From Amphiscolops sp. MND2022 (lineage: Eukaryota): a DNA stretch of 64,000 nucleotides. The position numbers were made by a program, and so were the translations under genes. The notes beneath the pieces were generated by a model. The model was not told where the DNA came from. It saw only the letters and a program-made list of their open reading frames with translations, and searched no databases. The DNA lies in assembly GCA_964187785.1 (NCBI GenBank), contig OZ076409.1, positions 5,706,001 through 5,770,000 on the forward strand, in the 5' to 3' direction. Each line of letters begins with the position of its first letter. The stretch's first letter is position 1. Shown piece after piece: positions 1-13,582 of this stretch.

Positions 1-1751
1 ATAGCAAATTTCAACAACCTGACTACGGAAAAGGACAAATGGAAATTTATAAACGAATCCATAAATGCAAGGCGAACAAAAACTGAAATAACAAGCCTAA
101 AGAACTGTTTCGGCGACCATGTAACAGACCAAAAGAAAATTGCAAACCTACTAAATTTTCGGTTCTCAAAATTAGGGGACTATATGGGGACTGCTAGGCC
201 TTACGATCCGCCAACAGTACCCGAAACAAAAATCACGAAAAAAGTATTCTCGTTTCAACCCACTGTAGAAACGTCATTGCTGAGCCCCTTTGCTACCTAA
301 TCAATGCCTTCATCATGGAAGGAAATATTCCAAATCATTTGAAACACGCTTTGGTAACTCCTATTTATAAAAAGGGAAACAGAGAAGACCCATGCAATTA
401 TCGACCCATCTCAATAACCCCTGCCCTATCAAAAATTTTCGAAAAAATTCTAAGAAAACAAATGAATGAATATCTGGAGGAAAATCAGTTATTAAGCGAA
501 ACACAGTTTGGTTTTCGAGCACGTTTTTCAACAACCGATGCATTACTTTATGCTACTGAAACTATCAGGAAAAATTTAGACGATGGCGAAAATGTCGCAC
601 CAGCTTTCTTGGATTTATCAAAAGCCTTCGATTCCATATCGCATGAAATCTTGTTAAATAAATTAAAGCAATATAACTTCGACCCGATGTCAATCTCGAT
701 GATACGAAGTTTTCTTTCCGAAAGATACCAAAAAGTAACACTTCCAAACTGTCACTCAGATTGGATAAAACTATACCAAGGTGTTCCTCAAGGAACCGTA
801 CTCGGTCCATTACTATTCAACATCTACGTTAATGATATGCAGCATGAGGTTCAAAATGACTGCAATCTTTTGCAATACGCAGATGATACCATGGTGTTCA
901 AATCAGATAGTAACATCGACAAAGCAATAGCCTCACTTGAACAAAATGTGAAGAAATTAGTATTCTTTTTTGAAAGTCACCGGTTGACCATCAATGCTGG
1001 CAAGACTGAATTTATATTTTTTTGTAAAAAAGCAAAAAATGATTCGATGAATAAACTGAAACTCAAAGTTCACAACCAAATAATTCCGGCAATCTCTAAT
1101 GCGAAATATCTCGGTGTTTATCTGGATCAAAATCTGAACTACCAAATCGAGATCAAAAATATCCTCCGCAAGATGGCACTGGGAATAAAAAGTCTGTACT
1201 CTGTACGAGACATATTCCCCCAAAAAACCAGGAAACTGCTTTTAAACGCCCTAGTGGTGAGCCACTTGCACTACTCAGCTATCTTACTAAGCGGAATTTC
1301 AGAAAACCTTCTTACCACTTTAGAGAAACAGTTAAATTGGGGAATAAAAGCATGTTTTAACCGTTTAGAATATGATCATTCATCAGATCTCAAAGTTCAG
1401 CATGATATCCTTGCAGTCCGATATCTCTTTCAAAGCAAAAATGCCAACTTCTACTGGAAATGGAAAAACAAAAAACTTCCGGCTTTTGCAGGGAAAATGA
1501 AATTTCCTACCGGTGACATAAGATCCCACGAACGAACCAAAAAAGTCTACTTCAACATCCAATGCAAAACTGACTTTCTTAAGAAAAGCTTTTTCAATAA
1601 AACAGTGCCCATATGGAACGAGTTACCTGACAAGCTAAAAATTGGGAAATGTACCTACATAACAACCAAAAAAAACATCAAACAATACTTCCTAAACAAA
1701 TATGTAAGTGAAAAAGACAATTTCGAATATGGAAAAAAAATGTTGGAGTGA
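1..1751 (+). pseudogene. Non-LTR retrotransposon (LINE, CR1/L2-like) ORF2 reverse transcriptase; runs off the window start, with an internal deletion/frameshift near 265
   Basis: ORF 315-1751 has PIYKKG..D..NYRPIS, QFGFR, FLDLSKAFD, GVPQGTVLGPLLFNIYVND, YADD and KYLGV. Frame 1 from base 1 also reads as ORF2 sequence and shifts frame near 265-275. Confidence 0.9.
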
Positions 1752-2915
1752 ATATCGCTTTCGATAGATTATCTGTATTGTTTCTTGCAAAACTTAATGA
1801 TACCTCTTTCCTACTTTAAACTAAAAAAAATGTAAATACACTACCTTCTGAAAATAAATTACTATTTTATTGTCATTTATTAATGAAGGAAATACAGTGT
1901 TTTTTTTTTATATCCAACGGATCCTCATATCGATTTTTTCAGTCCGGGTTCAATTCGATAGCGGAAGAAAATTAAAACGACCTTTTTTGAAATAAGTATA
2001 ACAACTGTTCGCGTGTATTCCACAACCAATTCAAATGTCGACGGACTATGTTCCTGCATACCTTTGATTCTGACGTTGAGTGTTCTCGTGCAATTGCTGT
2101 TCAGTATAAAATCTTTCAGACTGGACGTTGAAGCTTAGACAGCAATACATATGGTCTGAATGATTGTTTTCAGTGCCTCATGTGTTCATAAAAATGTACC
2201 AGCTAAAACTTGTTTCGGGTTTCGTCGAGTTTCTAAATCTACTCATTCTGTGAAATGGAAATTCAGAAAAAGAGCATCTTGGTTGAGTGGCAAACCCAAC
2301 GTTTGGTAATCCCGAACGTTATGAATATAAATTGGAAGATATTAAAATTCTATACGAGTATACAGTGTCTACATATTTGTCTAGACATATATACGGATGA
2401 CGGGGTGAGTGGAACAATATGAAAGAAAAAACAGGCATATCATCCGACCGGTTAATAGAAAATTGTAGCATCATATGTGAAAGGTTGAATTTTTACATGG
2501 TTTGTACCACCACCAGAACGGATAATGAAGTCTTCACCCTCAGTTGTTCCTTAACTAGACCGAATACTGCAGCTGTGTTAGCGTCTCTTTACAGTACTCC
2601 CGCTCCCGTTCAATCGTAACAAAAACTATAAACAACCAACAAACTGTGATGCCATGATGCTAGTCCTCAAAGATTCTACAAATCTGAAATACTCTGAACT
2701 TTTAACCAAAGTAATTAGTAAAGGTAATCTCATTTGAAAGCTAATTATTCTAGAAGAAACTTCACTTAATATATCCTGTACCAAGCTTCTTAGATTCATC
2801 CTGTTGCTGTCACATTGTTAATTGATGAAACCTACCCTAGTTAATAGAATATATCTACTCGGAGAAGTTGAGAATTCATCCTGACGATCGGTCTTCTCTC
2901 CAGCACTTCAAGAAC

Positions 2916-3055
2916 TGAGATCTCAGAAACAGATTGTACTTAGACCTAGCTAGCTATAAGGTAAAAGTAAGACGACTCTGCTGTTAAAATCTTAGACTTC
3001 TTATGTCCGTAATAAAACAACTAAAAGAAACAACCACCACACTTTTAACAGCTCA
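2916..3055 (+). repeat. 5' LTR of element A
   Basis: Matches 19417-19555 with about 4-5 differences; contains TATAA and AATAAA. The start could lie up to 5 bp further left because GAAC precedes both copies. Confidence 0.9.
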
Positions 3056-3057
3056 AT

Positions 3058-3070
3058 TGGTGCGACCAAG
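3058..3070 (+). promoter_or_regulatory. Primer-binding site of element A (tRNA not assigned)
   Basis: TGGTGCGACCAAG starts 2 nt after the terminal CA of the LTR. Confidence 0.75.
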
Positions 3071-3209
3071 AAAATTCTTCTTTCTCTCCCATTCATTTCA
3101 CAACTCTACAATTGTTTTACACCTTTTCTCGACTTTCTCATCCGATATCTCTTTGTTCGACACACAGTTTCTTTACCTCTCAATATAGCCTACCGTTATT
3201 AACTTCAAC

Positions 3210-3475
3210 GTTGCAACCAATTTCCACTAGAAATTGATTCGTGTTGCTATGGTTCTGACTGCGTCTCCTCACGTAATTCCTGTCAGTTACATTTCTTGGT
3301 TCTGACTGCGTTTCTCAACGTAATTCCTGTCAGTCATATTTCTTGGTTCTGACTACGTTTATTCGCGTAATTCCTGTCAGTTAAAATTTTTTCGTTCCAA
3401 CCACCTCTGAGTGAATTCGTGTTGGCTTTCTCTCTTTCTTCCGTTCCAACCGCAGACGTGCGATACGTGTTGGCC
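3210..3475 (+). promoter_or_regulatory. Array of six bulged stem-loops in the 5' leader of element A
   Basis: Units start at 3213, 3255, 3302, 3349, 3397 and 3446. Each has a 5-bp outer stem, an inner hairpin and a 3' bulge AT(T/A)C(G/C)T. Confidence 0.7.
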
Positions 3476-3782
3476 CTTCTACAGTGCTATCAAGCGATAC
3501 CTGCTAGTAAAAAAAGTTCTTTGGTTCTAGCCGCTCGGATCAACTTTAAAGTTGGCACACCTACATAACATATATTTCTTATATAACACCATTATAACAC
3601 TTTTCTTTCTGTCTCTTCTATAGTACAAACATCCTACAAAACTCTTTCAAAACAAGTTTACGGATCCAAATACATAACAATTAAAATATATAACAAATAT
3701 ATTAAACTTCATTTTTTCTACATTTATATATTACACTTTTATACAACCTCTTTGACACACTCTTAATTGAACTCTATTGTAC

Positions 3783-4156
3783 ATGCCGTCATCTGTAGAC
3801 ATTGTAGTCAAACTCATTGTTTGCTTTTGGTTCTCTATTGCTATTGATGCCGGTCTTGCACTTTTTCTTGACAAATTCATAATTTCGTTCATACCAAAGT
3901 TTTAAAGTACATCCTTCTCCTTCTATGTTAACAAGTAGAGTACTACCTCTTTTTGGACTGCTTAGTATTTACCATACTTTTTACACTTATCCAATATATA
4001 CAAAACCCATTCCTTCTTTTCATAAGTACAGCACTTACAATCTTCTTACAAGTTGTATTCACAGACCAAATCTTGCCATGTATTTCACAATTCAATACAA
4101 AATATCTTCTTTTCCAATACATCTGTCCTTTATGGCAATCTTATTATACTAACTAA
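3783..4156 (+). pseudogene. Putative small hydrophobic ORF upstream of gag (ORF0), disrupted
   Basis: ATG 3783 frame (MPSSVDIVVKLIVCFWFSIAIDAGLALFL...) joins the 3953-4156 frame via one frameshift near 3900 and one stop at 3929. Confidence 0.35.
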
Positions 4157-4171
4157 ATCTTACACCATATA

Positions 4172-7100
4172 ATGCTTCCTACTCCATTTACATTAAATAC
4201 AGAAAAAAGACAAAATCGATCTCTCATACAAGATGTAACACCGTTTCTGAATAACATCATTTTTCAGTACACAAATCCACTTCCATTTGAAACAAAACCC
4301 CATAGAGTACATACTATTGCATTAGCAAGAGAACATTGTGATTCTTATCTTTATTACATTCGATAATAAAACACTTGAAATAACATCATCACAAACCCCT
4401 TTTCAAGTTATTTTTAACCCAGTTAAAGGAATAAACTCTGGAACATTTTATGGAACCATTCACCCACAAAACATTAAACTTTCTATACAAGATGTTTTCC
4501 GCACATATATGCACAAACTCATCGAATTCAATGAAAACCAAGACACACCACTCTATTGTCCTTCTCACCTACAAGAACTAAAACACAGATCTGAACATTT
4601 CGAGGTCCCTGATCTTGACACAAAAGTTCAAAGACATGATAACCCCTATTATTGGCTACAACGAGATATTTTACAAATAAAAAGTTTTCATAACAGATTC
4701 TTTAACAACATTATTCTCACGGATGACACTATACCTCAAGTCAAAATTTTTACCCAATTCCTATTAAAGTTTCTTAGATTTAACTATCAATTACTTTGGG
4801 AACAAAAAGATCAACAAGCTTACATTAACTTCCCTCAAATATTAACACATATAGAACTTTTACCATACATTATCAAAAATGAAAACAAACATTTACAATA
4901 CAGAGATCTAACAGCATTCAATGTTACACATTTTGAACAAATAAACTTAGATCACAACTTTTTGCTTGAACATTCTGAAACATCAGATAACAGACCTTTT
5001 ATTACATCCGATACTTCTCATGAAACAACTTCTGAAGAACAAACTTCTAATGTTGAACCTTTATATACGAGACAACAATCAGAACAATCAGAACAAGAAG
5101 CCCTTGCTAACCTTTTTCAAAATTCTGATCCCCCTCAAGAACAACCACTATACCCACCACTATCACAAATCTCAGATATACAACAACCAAATCCTTCTGA
5201 AACAACTACAATTCACGATATATCAGAATTCTCTGAAGACACAGTACAAAATACACGAAATTTTACAAAAACTGATGATTCAAATATCATAATAATTCCT
5301 ACCCACAATATTACACAAAACGAATTTAACAACCAAAATCAAGACAACACTTTCACTACCAATCCAGACAATACCTCTGTTTTATCTACATCCAAAACTA
5401 ATATTACACAACCTTCTCAGACACAAGTACCAACTCCTCGAAACTATAATCCACCTCCTGTTCCACCTCAATTCTCAACTCAGATAAACACCCATAATTC
5501 TCCTCAACAAAGCTCATCAAATACACACCATATTACACAGAACACTAATACAGTACATTTTCAAACACCAACCCCACCATCACCTGCTGAAATACATACT
5601 TCAACTTATTTTCCAGCTCAAACTAACCCAGTACCAACTACACAACCTACATTAAATAATAACACCATTCATTCCAACCCATCCTTTAATTATACCACTG
5701 CCAGACATCTTTCTCGACCTCCATTACAAACCATATTAACTAATCCATTATCGTACAGTCTTACCAGTACTAATCCAGAACATACACAACAATCTCAGAT
5801 AAATTATAACACACCCAATCCATTAAATACTCTTTCTTCTCAACATACGTCTAATACAATCACACCTACATTACAAACTTCCCAATTTCAAATACAAAAT
5901 CCTCCTTCAACAACAATTAGAACCAACCCTCACTTTCATAACACTTCTACTACTTCCTTAACTAATATTTCAAATAATCCTACTTACAATACTACACAAC
6001 CATCTACCGTATCTTATAATACTATGTCACACCCAACATATATTAACTCTTCTACTTCTATATCGGAACCCTTTTGATGGACTAAATCATAATTATACAC
6101 CTGAAGAATATTTACAACATATTGAGGCACGTGTTACATTCTCCTTAGGTTTACAACCTACATCAGAACATGAATATAAACTTTGGCACGCTCGTCGCAT
6201 GGCTTTCATACAATGCTCTTTAACAGGTACAGCACTTAGCTGGTACATTTGTTTAAACAACACCTATAAACATGATTGGCACGCTTTTGTACAAGCTTTC
6301 AAAAAACAATTTTCCTCACAAAAGAACGCTTATTATGCTCAAGTTGAAGCCCTTAATTTAATCAAAAAATACATCGAAACAGTACGTCAATTTGCACTCA
6401 AAGTTCAACAGCTGGTTGAAAAAGGCTGGTGCAATGAGAATGCATCCACTATTAACCTTAAATGTAATGAAATCTTTACAAAAGGACTTCCCAAAAATCT
6501 TAAAGACTTTGCAAACAAAAGGCAAGTAAAACACACTTCCACTGTTTTAGAACCTTCAATTCCTTTTCATACATTAGTAAAATTTGTTGACGCTGAAGAT
6601 ATTGCAAACGACAAAATCAGAACACATGATCTTGCACTTGAAATAAACAATATTACAAAACAGTTGAACACTCAAACTCTTGACCCTTCATCTCAAGAAC
6701 AACTTATGTTTACACAACCCAAAGATCCAAATAACAAAAATAAACCTGCATATAAGAAATATTGCTCATACTGTCATCGAACAAATCACTCCATTTCTGC
6801 TTGTTTCAAAAAACAACGAGATGATGAAGATAAACGAGAAGCATATGCTTGATCTAAATCTCCACAAAAATCTTTTGTACAATACTTCCGTTCTCCTTCA
6901 AACGATAGAACAAAACACTATGATACTCGATACCGAAGTCAAAGTACCTCAAGAGACAACTCTTACAAAAAAAACTACTCATAAAATCGATACCGTTCTA
7001 CATCTAGAAGTAGATTTAGTTACGATAAAAGTACTACTCGTCCACATTACTCTACATCACGATATGATACATACAAACGTGATTCCCGGTCCTACCGTTC

Positions 7101-10100
7101 TCTTTACTGATCTTCATACAGATCCCCATATCGACACAACTCTCGTCCTAGATACAGATCACGCTCCTATTCCAGAGACAACAAATTCACAAAATATACA
7201 AATTCATACAGACCACCTTCAAGACCAAGAGACTCTAGATTTTCTAGATCTCGCTCACACTCCAATTCCAGAAACAAAATTAATATGATACAACAACAAG
7301 ACCAATCTGACCCTATAAAATTTGAAGTACATATGTATCACCCAACAGCAATGGCAAATGCTGTCACACCTACAAGTTGGTTTTATACATTATATGTACA
7401 TACACCATCAAGTATAGTACAAAGAGACAACCCATCTAGATTGGAAATTGCATTCCTTCTAGATAGCGGTGCTTCTATTTCTGTATTAAATTACCCAACA
7501 TACATAACATAATTCGACCAACTCGAAATTCCAAAACATTTAGCGTTGCAAACCAAACTGAAATTCCTATTTTACATTATGCAAATACAATTTTGAACAC
7601 CACTATTGACGAAAATTCTCGTTTCTTTTCAGTACCTTTTGCAGTAGCTGATATCAAATACAACATCCTTGGTACACCATTCTTTGAAGATAATGTACAA
7701 AACATAAACATACAAGACTTTACACTCGAATTCAAATATCAATCAAAAACACACCCAAATTATGCAAAGTTCACAACACTCCTATCTAAAGACTACCCAT
7801 ATTTCTCTTACGTTTATAGAATTAATTCAAAGACTCAAATACGCCTAAAACCCAAGTCTCCAAAGTTTGCTTATTTTCCAATTAAAAATTATCATAACCT
7901 CCATTTTACAACTACTCCACAAAACCACTTCTTCCCTTCAGTACCTCATACCTATTTTGCTACTAAATTTCGTACAAATTTCAATTTTATTGAAGTATTC
8001 ACTGATGACAAACCAGATATCTGTGCAACTATCATCCAAAACACCTCAAAACATGTTGCAACACTGCCTACAGGACAAATTGGATACATTGAAGTTCCAA
8101 TTACTAGTGAAAAAGCCAAACTCTTCCAAGTTAATGATATTAACACTTTAATACAAAATGTTACTCATACCTACCATCCTGAAATCACTGAACCAGTTCC
8201 ACAAACTAATTATATCGTACAATACGATGATCTTTCAACCCCTCCTCCTCAATTCTCTTTACATCAAATTTATATGACAAACGATGACATCCCAAATCAA
8301 ACTTCTCTTTTATATAACGTTCAACCTACTTCTCATACTTCCGAAAAACGCAATTTTCCTTCTCTACCATACACTTCTGAAAATCTGAAATTTATTAAAA
8401 AATTTAACTTCCAATTTTCTGATCTTACAGACCCCGAATACATTACTCTTTGCAATATGTTACTCAAGTATAAAACATGTTATGCAACTCATAAAAACGA
8501 TGTTGGAAAAATTTCAACACCCTTCTGTATTCGACTTAAACCTAACGCTCAACCTTTGACACAACGTCCTTCTAAAGTCCCTATTCACTACCGAGACAAA
8601 CTTGATGTACTTCTCAAAGAACTCGAAAAATAGAACATTATCAAACAAATTGGTTCCTCTCCACAAGACAAACCCGTTTATGGCACAACTTTTTTAAACC
8701 CTCTCAAAATATTCCCCAAGGGAGATACTATAAAATATGTATCAGACGCTCGACATCTTAACTCCAATACAAAACAATCTGATGAATCTTGGCCTATTGA
8801 ACCACTCGCTCCCCAATTAGCACGCGCAAACAAAAAGTACAAATCTGCTATTGATCTTATGTATGCCTATGCACATACACCTCTTGATGAAGACACTATT
8901 AAACTTACCAGTTTCTCCTCAGGAGATAAACTTTTCGCTTTCATACGAGGCTTTTATGGTCTCAAAGGACTCCCAAACTTCTTTACAAAACAAATGTCTA
9001 CCTTCTTTAAAACTCTTATAGAACAAGGTTTTGCTCTTGTCTACATTGACGATATATTACTTTTATCTGACTCTAAAGAACACATGTTCCAACTCATGGA
9101 ACAACTACACATAATTAGTACAAAAAACAATCTTAAACTAGCCCCTGAAAATCCTTTTTCATGCTTCTTAAAGTCAAATTTCTTGGACATGAAATTGGTT
9201 ACAATACAATTAAACCAATCCATTCGAAAATTGCAGCTATTCATAAAATACCTTCTCCAACTGGAAAAGTTGCCGTAATGAGTTTCATTGGTGCACTCAA
9301 TTTTTACACCAAATTTATTGAAAAACTACATATTAACCTCAAACCATTTTACGATCTTTTACATGAGAACACTCCTTGGAAATGGACAGACGAACACGAA
9401 AGTCTCTTCCAAAAACTTAAAATGTCTCTCACTTCTGAAACAGAACTTACAATACCAAATACAAAACATCCATTTTTCATTACAGTTGACGCTTCCCTTA
9501 TTGGATTAGGCGCTGTCTTATTCCAATTAAATGAACAAAACAAAATGAAAGTTATATCGTACAACTCTCGTATACTTAACCCACAAGAACAAAAACTCTC
9601 CACACTTGATAGAGAACTTCTCGGTATAGTACATGCTCTCCAAATTTATGAATTTCTTTTCATTGGTTCTCCCCATCCAATACACATTTTTACTGATCAC
9701 AAACCTTTATTACATTGTTTTTCAAAGAAAGGTAACCTTAGTCCTCGTTTCTATAGAGCTCAAATGCAATTACCAAAATTTTTGAAACTTAAAATAATTC
9801 ACACTCCTGGAAAAAATCTCTCTATTGCCGATATGTTAAGTCGCTCTTTTACAAAAGCTGAATTACAACTCAACCAATTAAAACATAAACAACTTCCACC
9901 TCAAATTGATTTTGCACTTCTACAAAATAACACTCTTAAACCTGTACATTACTTAATTAAACATGAAGAAATCTTACCTCATCAAAAACATGACTCTCAC
10001 CCAATTCTCGCTGAATATGGTACAGACCAATTCTCTATTCGTATCAATGATAAAGGAAATGACATTGTTGTCAAACCGTTACAACCTTTCTCATTCAAAT

Positions 10101-12255
10101 CTTTAACTCCTTTCCAAACCAAGTTCATCATATATATACCAGATTTCCAAAATCTGACTCTTCTTTCCTACATGACACAACATTACAAACAGAAAACTAT
10201 TCTACTGTTAACCAATTAACCCCAAAAACCTCACAAAAATCTGTTTCTGCAAAAAATGTACAACCAAATCTACCATCTCTCACACATTGTCCACAGATTA
10301 TACCTTTCTATTATACATCATTTTTTAAGTACAAAAACTATTTTCAAGGTTTTTTCCTCCCCGATGACTATTCAATAGACATAACAACACTTCAACAACA
10401 ACAATGCCAAGGCCCGGTTCTTAGAACTGTTTATTCTTGGATCATAAAAAATGAAAAACCTGAATCTCTAACACCACTTATCATGGCACTCCTTTTCTAC
10501 ATGCTTATTACAAAAGATTTTCAGAACTTTTTATAGATGACTACACAAATCTTATTAGCCTTTACACTAAACACCCTACTACTCTAAACCAATCTTTTAC
10601 TCCAGATTTTGTACGCGCTACTATTCGAATATGTCTTCCATTTCGACTCTTCAAAACTGTTTTTAACAAACTTCATGAACACTCACATACAGGCATCAAA
10701 ATCACATATAACACATTCGCACAATATTACCACATTCCATTTGTTGAAAAATGGCTTTCCATTTTTATACATGACTGTATTGAATGTCAACGCAATAAAC
10801 ACTTCAACATGAAAATTCAAACTGCTCCTACACAATCCTTTTCTGAACATGCTCCATCCTTCAAATACCGCATTTCAATGGACACTAAAGGACCTATTAA
10901 TCCTCCTTCCCACAACAAATCATATATAAATGTAATAAGTGACGCTTTCAGTCACTTTGTTGTTACAGTACCCATCAAATCAAACAACGCAAAGACTGCT
11001 ATCAAAACTTATCTCACCATTGGATTATTAAATTTGGACAACCTATATATCTTGTCACTGATCGTGGATCAGAATATGTTAATAAAGAAATGGCACACCT
11101 TCGTACACTTATGGGAATTCGTCACTCTTTAAGAACAGCTTACTCTCCTTGGACAAATGGCCTTGTCGAAGTACAAAACAGAAATCTTGGTACACATCTA
11201 CGAATGTTCTTACATGACACACCTAAAGATTGGGCATTCCAAGTCCATATGTACGCTTATGCACATAATTCACAACCACTTTCAGAACTCAGTATTTCTC
11301 CTCATGAAATTGTTTTTCACACCAGACCCAGAATCCCCCTTATACGTTTGATTTAAATCTCAACCGAAACACCTCTAAAACATGTATTTCACGCTATTGC
11401 TCTCAACTTCCAGAACACTCCCACTATGATAAATCCGATCTTAACCCATTTTTTAATAAAACACTTTCAAAACCCATTCCACATTGGTTTCTCGCCGTAG
11501 AAACTGCTATATTACAAATTTATTCCACAGTATACGAAAACACTTTACGAAAAATCAATTCACACGCATACATTACGAAAACATACCACGAAGGTAAACC
11601 CCTTCCTATTGGCACCTTTGTTTTAAAACGCAAATTCACACACGTATATTTTTCTGACAAACTAAAACCCCTTCGGATTGGACTATACAAAATTATTGAC
11701 AGACTATCAGATGTTACATATGAACAACTTGCACAAGATGGCTCTACAATACATGTTCATAAAAATCATTTAATTCCATATTATCCAAAAGAACCACTCT
11801 TATATCCACCTTTGCGTAGTTTCATGCGCTTTTCAGACTCAACTCAATTCCAAATTCCACAACCTACCAAATATGCAAACAGTGATTCTTCCCCTTTCAA
11901 CTCAGACGAATCCTCATCAGACGAAGATTCTCAAACATTCATGACACCAACCACAACGGATAATTCTTCTCAAACATTTGTGACACCATCATCATTTAGA
12001 ACGTCCAATCAAAATACACCATCTACAACATCCAATGACAAGTCTTTAACTTCCTCAACCAATGACAACTCCTTATATAAACACATAATTAACACCCCTC
12101 ACACTAATATCTCTAGTGACAGATCAAGACACCCTTCTAATAACCAAACAACTTCACTTCCTCCTCTAATTGACAGAACTACTAAAACTACTTATAAACT
12201 ACAACAACAACCCAAATTAGATTACAGACTTTTTATTACACCCTCAAAACTGTAA
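4172..12255 (+). pseudogene. Element A gag-pol polyprotein (capsid, CCHC, RS-rich segment, protease, RT, RNase H, integrase); many stops and frameshifts
   Basis: Gag core LTGTALSWY; knuckle CSYCHRTNHSISAC; LLDSGAS; YIDD; VDAS, RELL and TDHKPL (RNase H); ISMDTKGP, TDRGSEY and NGLVE (integrase). Confidence 0.92.
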
Positions 12256-12304
12256 CCTCATTATTCTATCCGCTGGCTCACTCAAAACTAGTCACTACAG
12301 CTGA

Positions 12305-13582
12305 ATGCAAGATAACCAATAACAAGTTATCTCAAGATAACCTGTTGAAAACATTTCAAGAATCCTGGATTCTTCCTCTGATATATCTCCATCAGCTCCA
12401 AGTATTCCTTCTACTTCTGAATCTTCAGTATCAAACACTACAAACTCTAGTAATGTAACTCCTACTACTCCTTCTAAAAGACCAAGATCATACGTTTCTG
12501 AAACAACATCTTCATCACTCCTTCATAGACCACCTATAACTGAAATACCTATAAACACTCGTACTCAACAAATTCCTATTAACACTCCTATAGTACACAT
12601 ACCAAACCCTGAAAGTCTTGAATAATACGTAAATTACAAACATCCTACAGCTATCAAAACTGTTAGACTACAACCTCAGCTCAATCTTGTACAAATCCCT
12701 GATACTGAATATACAACATTACCTTCACTGAAATTACCATCAGAACTTAGTACTACTCCTTCAAAACTTTATCCACCATTAAAACCTCTTCGGAAACCTT
12801 CTACATCACTCTCAAATCTCTTAGACAATATATCAGAATACACTCCATCACAAGATACAACAGGCTCACTTTTTGTACCACACCATAGATATAATCTTCG
12901 AGATCTTCCTTCAAGAAGACTTAGTACAGACACTTCTACACTTAATCTATCTGCTCTTTCTAGCACTTCTACTTTAAGACTCCTACGACAACACGCACAA
13001 CCGTTGTCTTCTGAAAAAAATTCTTCTGACTTTATACCTTCTCCATATTTTACATCTGGTTTTGACACCGCTTCTCTACTTTCCTCAGACGCTCAGACTG
13101 CATTCCCTTCCGGAAATCTATTCTCAGAAGTTATAATACCTACTCCTGTCCCCGCACATATTAGAACACCTGAATATTATACTGCAGATCAATTTAGACC
13201 TCCAACTCCAAATTTTGCTGACTACCCACTTAGAGTCGATGGTATAACCATCTACGACCCACAGCACGATCCTAGATTTCCTATCCTTGCAGAACGTTTC
13301 ATTACAAATAAAGATCGCTTATCTCACAAAAGAAAGGAAACACAACTAAAACGCCTTCAGACACCGAATTTAGAACTCAAATTTGAAGTAAAAGTCAATT
13401 TCCAAGGTTTATATCCACATCCAATATTTCACGTCTCAAAGATAGAACATAAAACTTCTCCTGCTCCTTTTGAAGTGATACACATTGATTTTGAACGAGA
13501 CCTCAATATACCTACTATCACATATGGCAAAATCATATTCTGTAACCCATACTCAGGTCTTAAATATACTACCACTTTTTGA
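12305..13582 (+). pseudogene. Element A ORF-X: Ser/Thr/Pro-rich N-terminus plus conserved C-terminal domain; three in-frame TAA
   Basis: ATG 12305 is in frame with ORF 13004-13582. Shares ILDSSS, PSAP, VHIP.P, LYP.L, YNLR, RLLRQHAQP, RPPTPN, LKFEV and NPYSGL.Y with 56997-58469. Confidence 0.75.

Noticed and set aside
3251..3382. CRISPR-like repeat array
   Set aside because: Eukaryotic retroelement leader, no unique spacers of proper length, no cas genes; better explained as repeated RNA hairpins.
6680..7288. Overlapping 202-aa ORF (and 63522-63983 in B)
   Set aside because: A shifted-frame by-product of the RS-repeat codons (Ile/Asp/Leu/His-rich), with a non-ATG start.
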